This document shows, piece after piece, positions 62,829 to 64,000 of a DNA stretch of 64,000 nt (the first letter of the stretch is position 1; every line of letters begins with the position of its first letter). The stretch is from the NCBI GenBank assembly GCA_964518575.1, contig CAZFGW010000002.1, forward strand, positions 61,974 through 125,973, in the 5' to 3' direction. The position numbers and the translations under genes are program-made. Under the pieces are notes generated by a model. The model worked only from the letters and a program-made list of their open reading frames with translations, was not told the origin of the DNA and did no database searches. The DNA is from an uncultured Eggerthellaceae bacterium (GTDB lineage Bacteria; Actinomycetota; Coriobacteriia; Coriobacteriales; Eggerthellaceae).

Positions 62829-64000
62829 ATGCTCTTAAGTGCAAAATTCATATTCCCTATCACGTCCGATCCTATCTCGAACGGTGCCGTGCTCGTGAAA
62901 GACGGACTGATCGCCGACATTGGAGATAAAGATGCGCTCGCGCACCGATATCCCGATGAGGAGATGATGGATTTCGGCATGGCGGCGCTCATGCCGGGCT
63001 TCGTCGATCTGCATACCCGCCTTGAGAAATCGGTGCTTCGCGGTATGGTCGCCGATCTTCCTTATGCGAAGTGGATTCTTGCAGTCATCGAGAAAAGCTC
63101 TAAGCTCGAGCTGTCCGATTGGTATGATTCCGCCGTGCTTGGAGGGCTCAATGCCATTGCCTCAGGCATCACGACCGTGTGTGATATCTCTTCAACAGGT
63201 GCGGTCCTCAAGGCAACACAGGCGCTCGGGTTGCGCAGCGTTATCTATCGCGAAGTTGCGGCGATGGATAAGATGCGCATCAAATATGCGATGCATCTCG
63301 CCGAACGCGACATCCATGAATGGATGGAAAAGTCGGACAGCACCAGAACGACAATCGGTGTTGCGCCTGCTGCCATCTACGCGAACCATCCTGAAGTGTT
63401 CAAGGCTACAACGGCGCTTGCCATCAAAGAAGACATCCCGATTGCAATGAGGCTTGCGGGCTCGCGCGAGGAGTACTATTTCGTGAAACGCGGTTCGTCC
63501 ATGTTCGCGGTCGACAATATGGACATCGAAACGCGTGGCTACGTTGAGATTCCGCCCTGGTTGCCCTTTGGCGTCACGCCTATTCGCTATGCCCTGAATT
63601 GGGGTGCGTTCGATGCACCGAACGTGCTTGTCGTCCATGCGGTCCATCTCGATGATGACGACGTGCGCAAGCTCAAGGAGAAGGACGTGGCCATCTGCAC
63701 CACCCCGCGTGCGAACGCACAGCTCGGTATGGGTGTGGCGCCTTTGAGCGAGTTCCTGCAGGCGGGGCTGCGCGTGGGTCTCGGCACCGATTCGCCAGCG
63801 GCAACGGAATCGACCGACATGCTGACCGAGATGCGCACCGGTCTTTTGGTCCACCGCGCTCATGATACACGGCGCTTCCTCGATTCAAAGACGATACTCG
63901 AGCTTGCTACCATCGGCGGCGCCCGCGCGCTCAAGATGGACGACAAGATCGGTTCTCTGGAGTTGGGCAAGCATGCCGATCTGGTGGCGATCGATCTGTC
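62829..64000 (+). CDS. Amidohydrolase-superfamily protein (TRZ/ATZ-like deaminase), 3'-truncated by window edge
   Basis: The frame is open from ATG 62829 to the window end. It is absent from the ORF track, presumably because no stop is reached. Motifs PGFVDLHTRL, VHAVHL, GLGTDSPA and GKHADLVAIDL. Confidence 0.8.
   Translation, partial: MLLSAKFIFPITSDPISNGAVLVKDGLIADIGDKDALAHRYPDEEMMDFGMAALMPGFVDLHTRLEKSVLRGMVADLPYAKWILAVIEKSSKLELSDWYDSAVLGGLNAIASGITTVCDISSTGAVLKATQALGLRSVIYREVAAMDKMRIKYAMHLAERDIHEWMEKSDSTRTTIGVAPAAIYANHPEVFKATTALAIKEDIPIAMRLAGSREEYYFVKRGSSMFAVDNMDIETRGYVEIPPWLPFGVTPIRYALNWGAFDAPNVLVVHAVHLDDDDVRKLKEKDVAICTTPRANAQLGMGVAPLSEFLQAGLRVGLGTDSPAATESTDMLTEMRTGLLVHRAHDTRRFLDSKTILELATIGGARALKMDDKIGSLELGKHADLVAIDL

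Noticed and set aside
62648-62992. 114-aa minus-strand ORF, together with the plus-strand ORF 63022-63450.
   Set aside because: Both overlap or are out of frame with the clean amidohydrolase frame that starts at 62829 and carries family motifs. Neither has motifs of its own.

Overview
This is a GC-rich window made up mostly of core housekeeping genes. It looks like a high-GC Gram-positive anaerobe. Gene content and gene fusions suggest Actinomycetota, possibly Coriobacteriia, but that is inference only.

Gene content in order:
- A hisD'(5'-truncated)-hisC-B-H-A-F-I run followed by glsA.
- A split ThrE-type exporter pair (minus strand) and an SDR oxidoreductase.
- A repeat-packed convergent intergenic region.
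- A Gly/Tyr- and Pro/Ala-rich membrane protein.
- UbiB-family kinase, nfo, a DUF2130-like coiled-coil protein and cysE.
- map, a DUF308-like protein and a Pro-rich membrane protein (minus strand).
- A Wzx/MurJ-like membrane protein.
- A proteostasis neighbourhood: DUF5685-like protein plus J-protein on the minus strand, a SurA-N-like protein, and htpG preceded by a CIRCE element.
- A DUF2064-like gene divergent from a three-gene 2-hydroxyacyl-CoA-dehydratase-like/activase cluster.
- An amino-acid ABC transporter and htrA.
- The conserved pyrH-frr-uppS-cdsA-dxr and rseP-ispG-proS blocks, split by an 8.5-kb minus-strand surface-protein operon. That operon encodes an LPXTG ester-bond adhesin, a SipW-type signal peptidase, a TasA/camelysin-like protein and a BspA/DUF285 LRR protein.
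- A phasin-like gene, rlmB-yacP, an orphan OmpR-type response regulator, coaX, an FNT channel, and tsaE plus a fused tsaB-rimI-tsaD.
- murB, an MFS transporter and menG (minus strand).
- The 5' part of an amidohydrolase that is missing from the ORF track because it runs off the window.

I recognised no rRNA, tRNA, CRISPR array, transposase, integrase or phage gene.

Non-coding signals:
- A dispersed GGGGCGAGATTCATCTCGCCCC-type hairpin repeat family sitting at gene 3' ends.
- A ~60-bp tandem repeat.
- A promoter + CIRCE + terminator-like hairpin in the htpG leader.
- A long-range inverted repeat covering the pyrH Shine-Dalgarno sequence.

The best candidate for something new is the SipW/TasA-like/LRR/adhesin island. 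Second-tier candidates are the J-protein/DUF5685 pair and the orphan activase cluster.

All family names are from reading the translated sequences by eye. No database search was possible.
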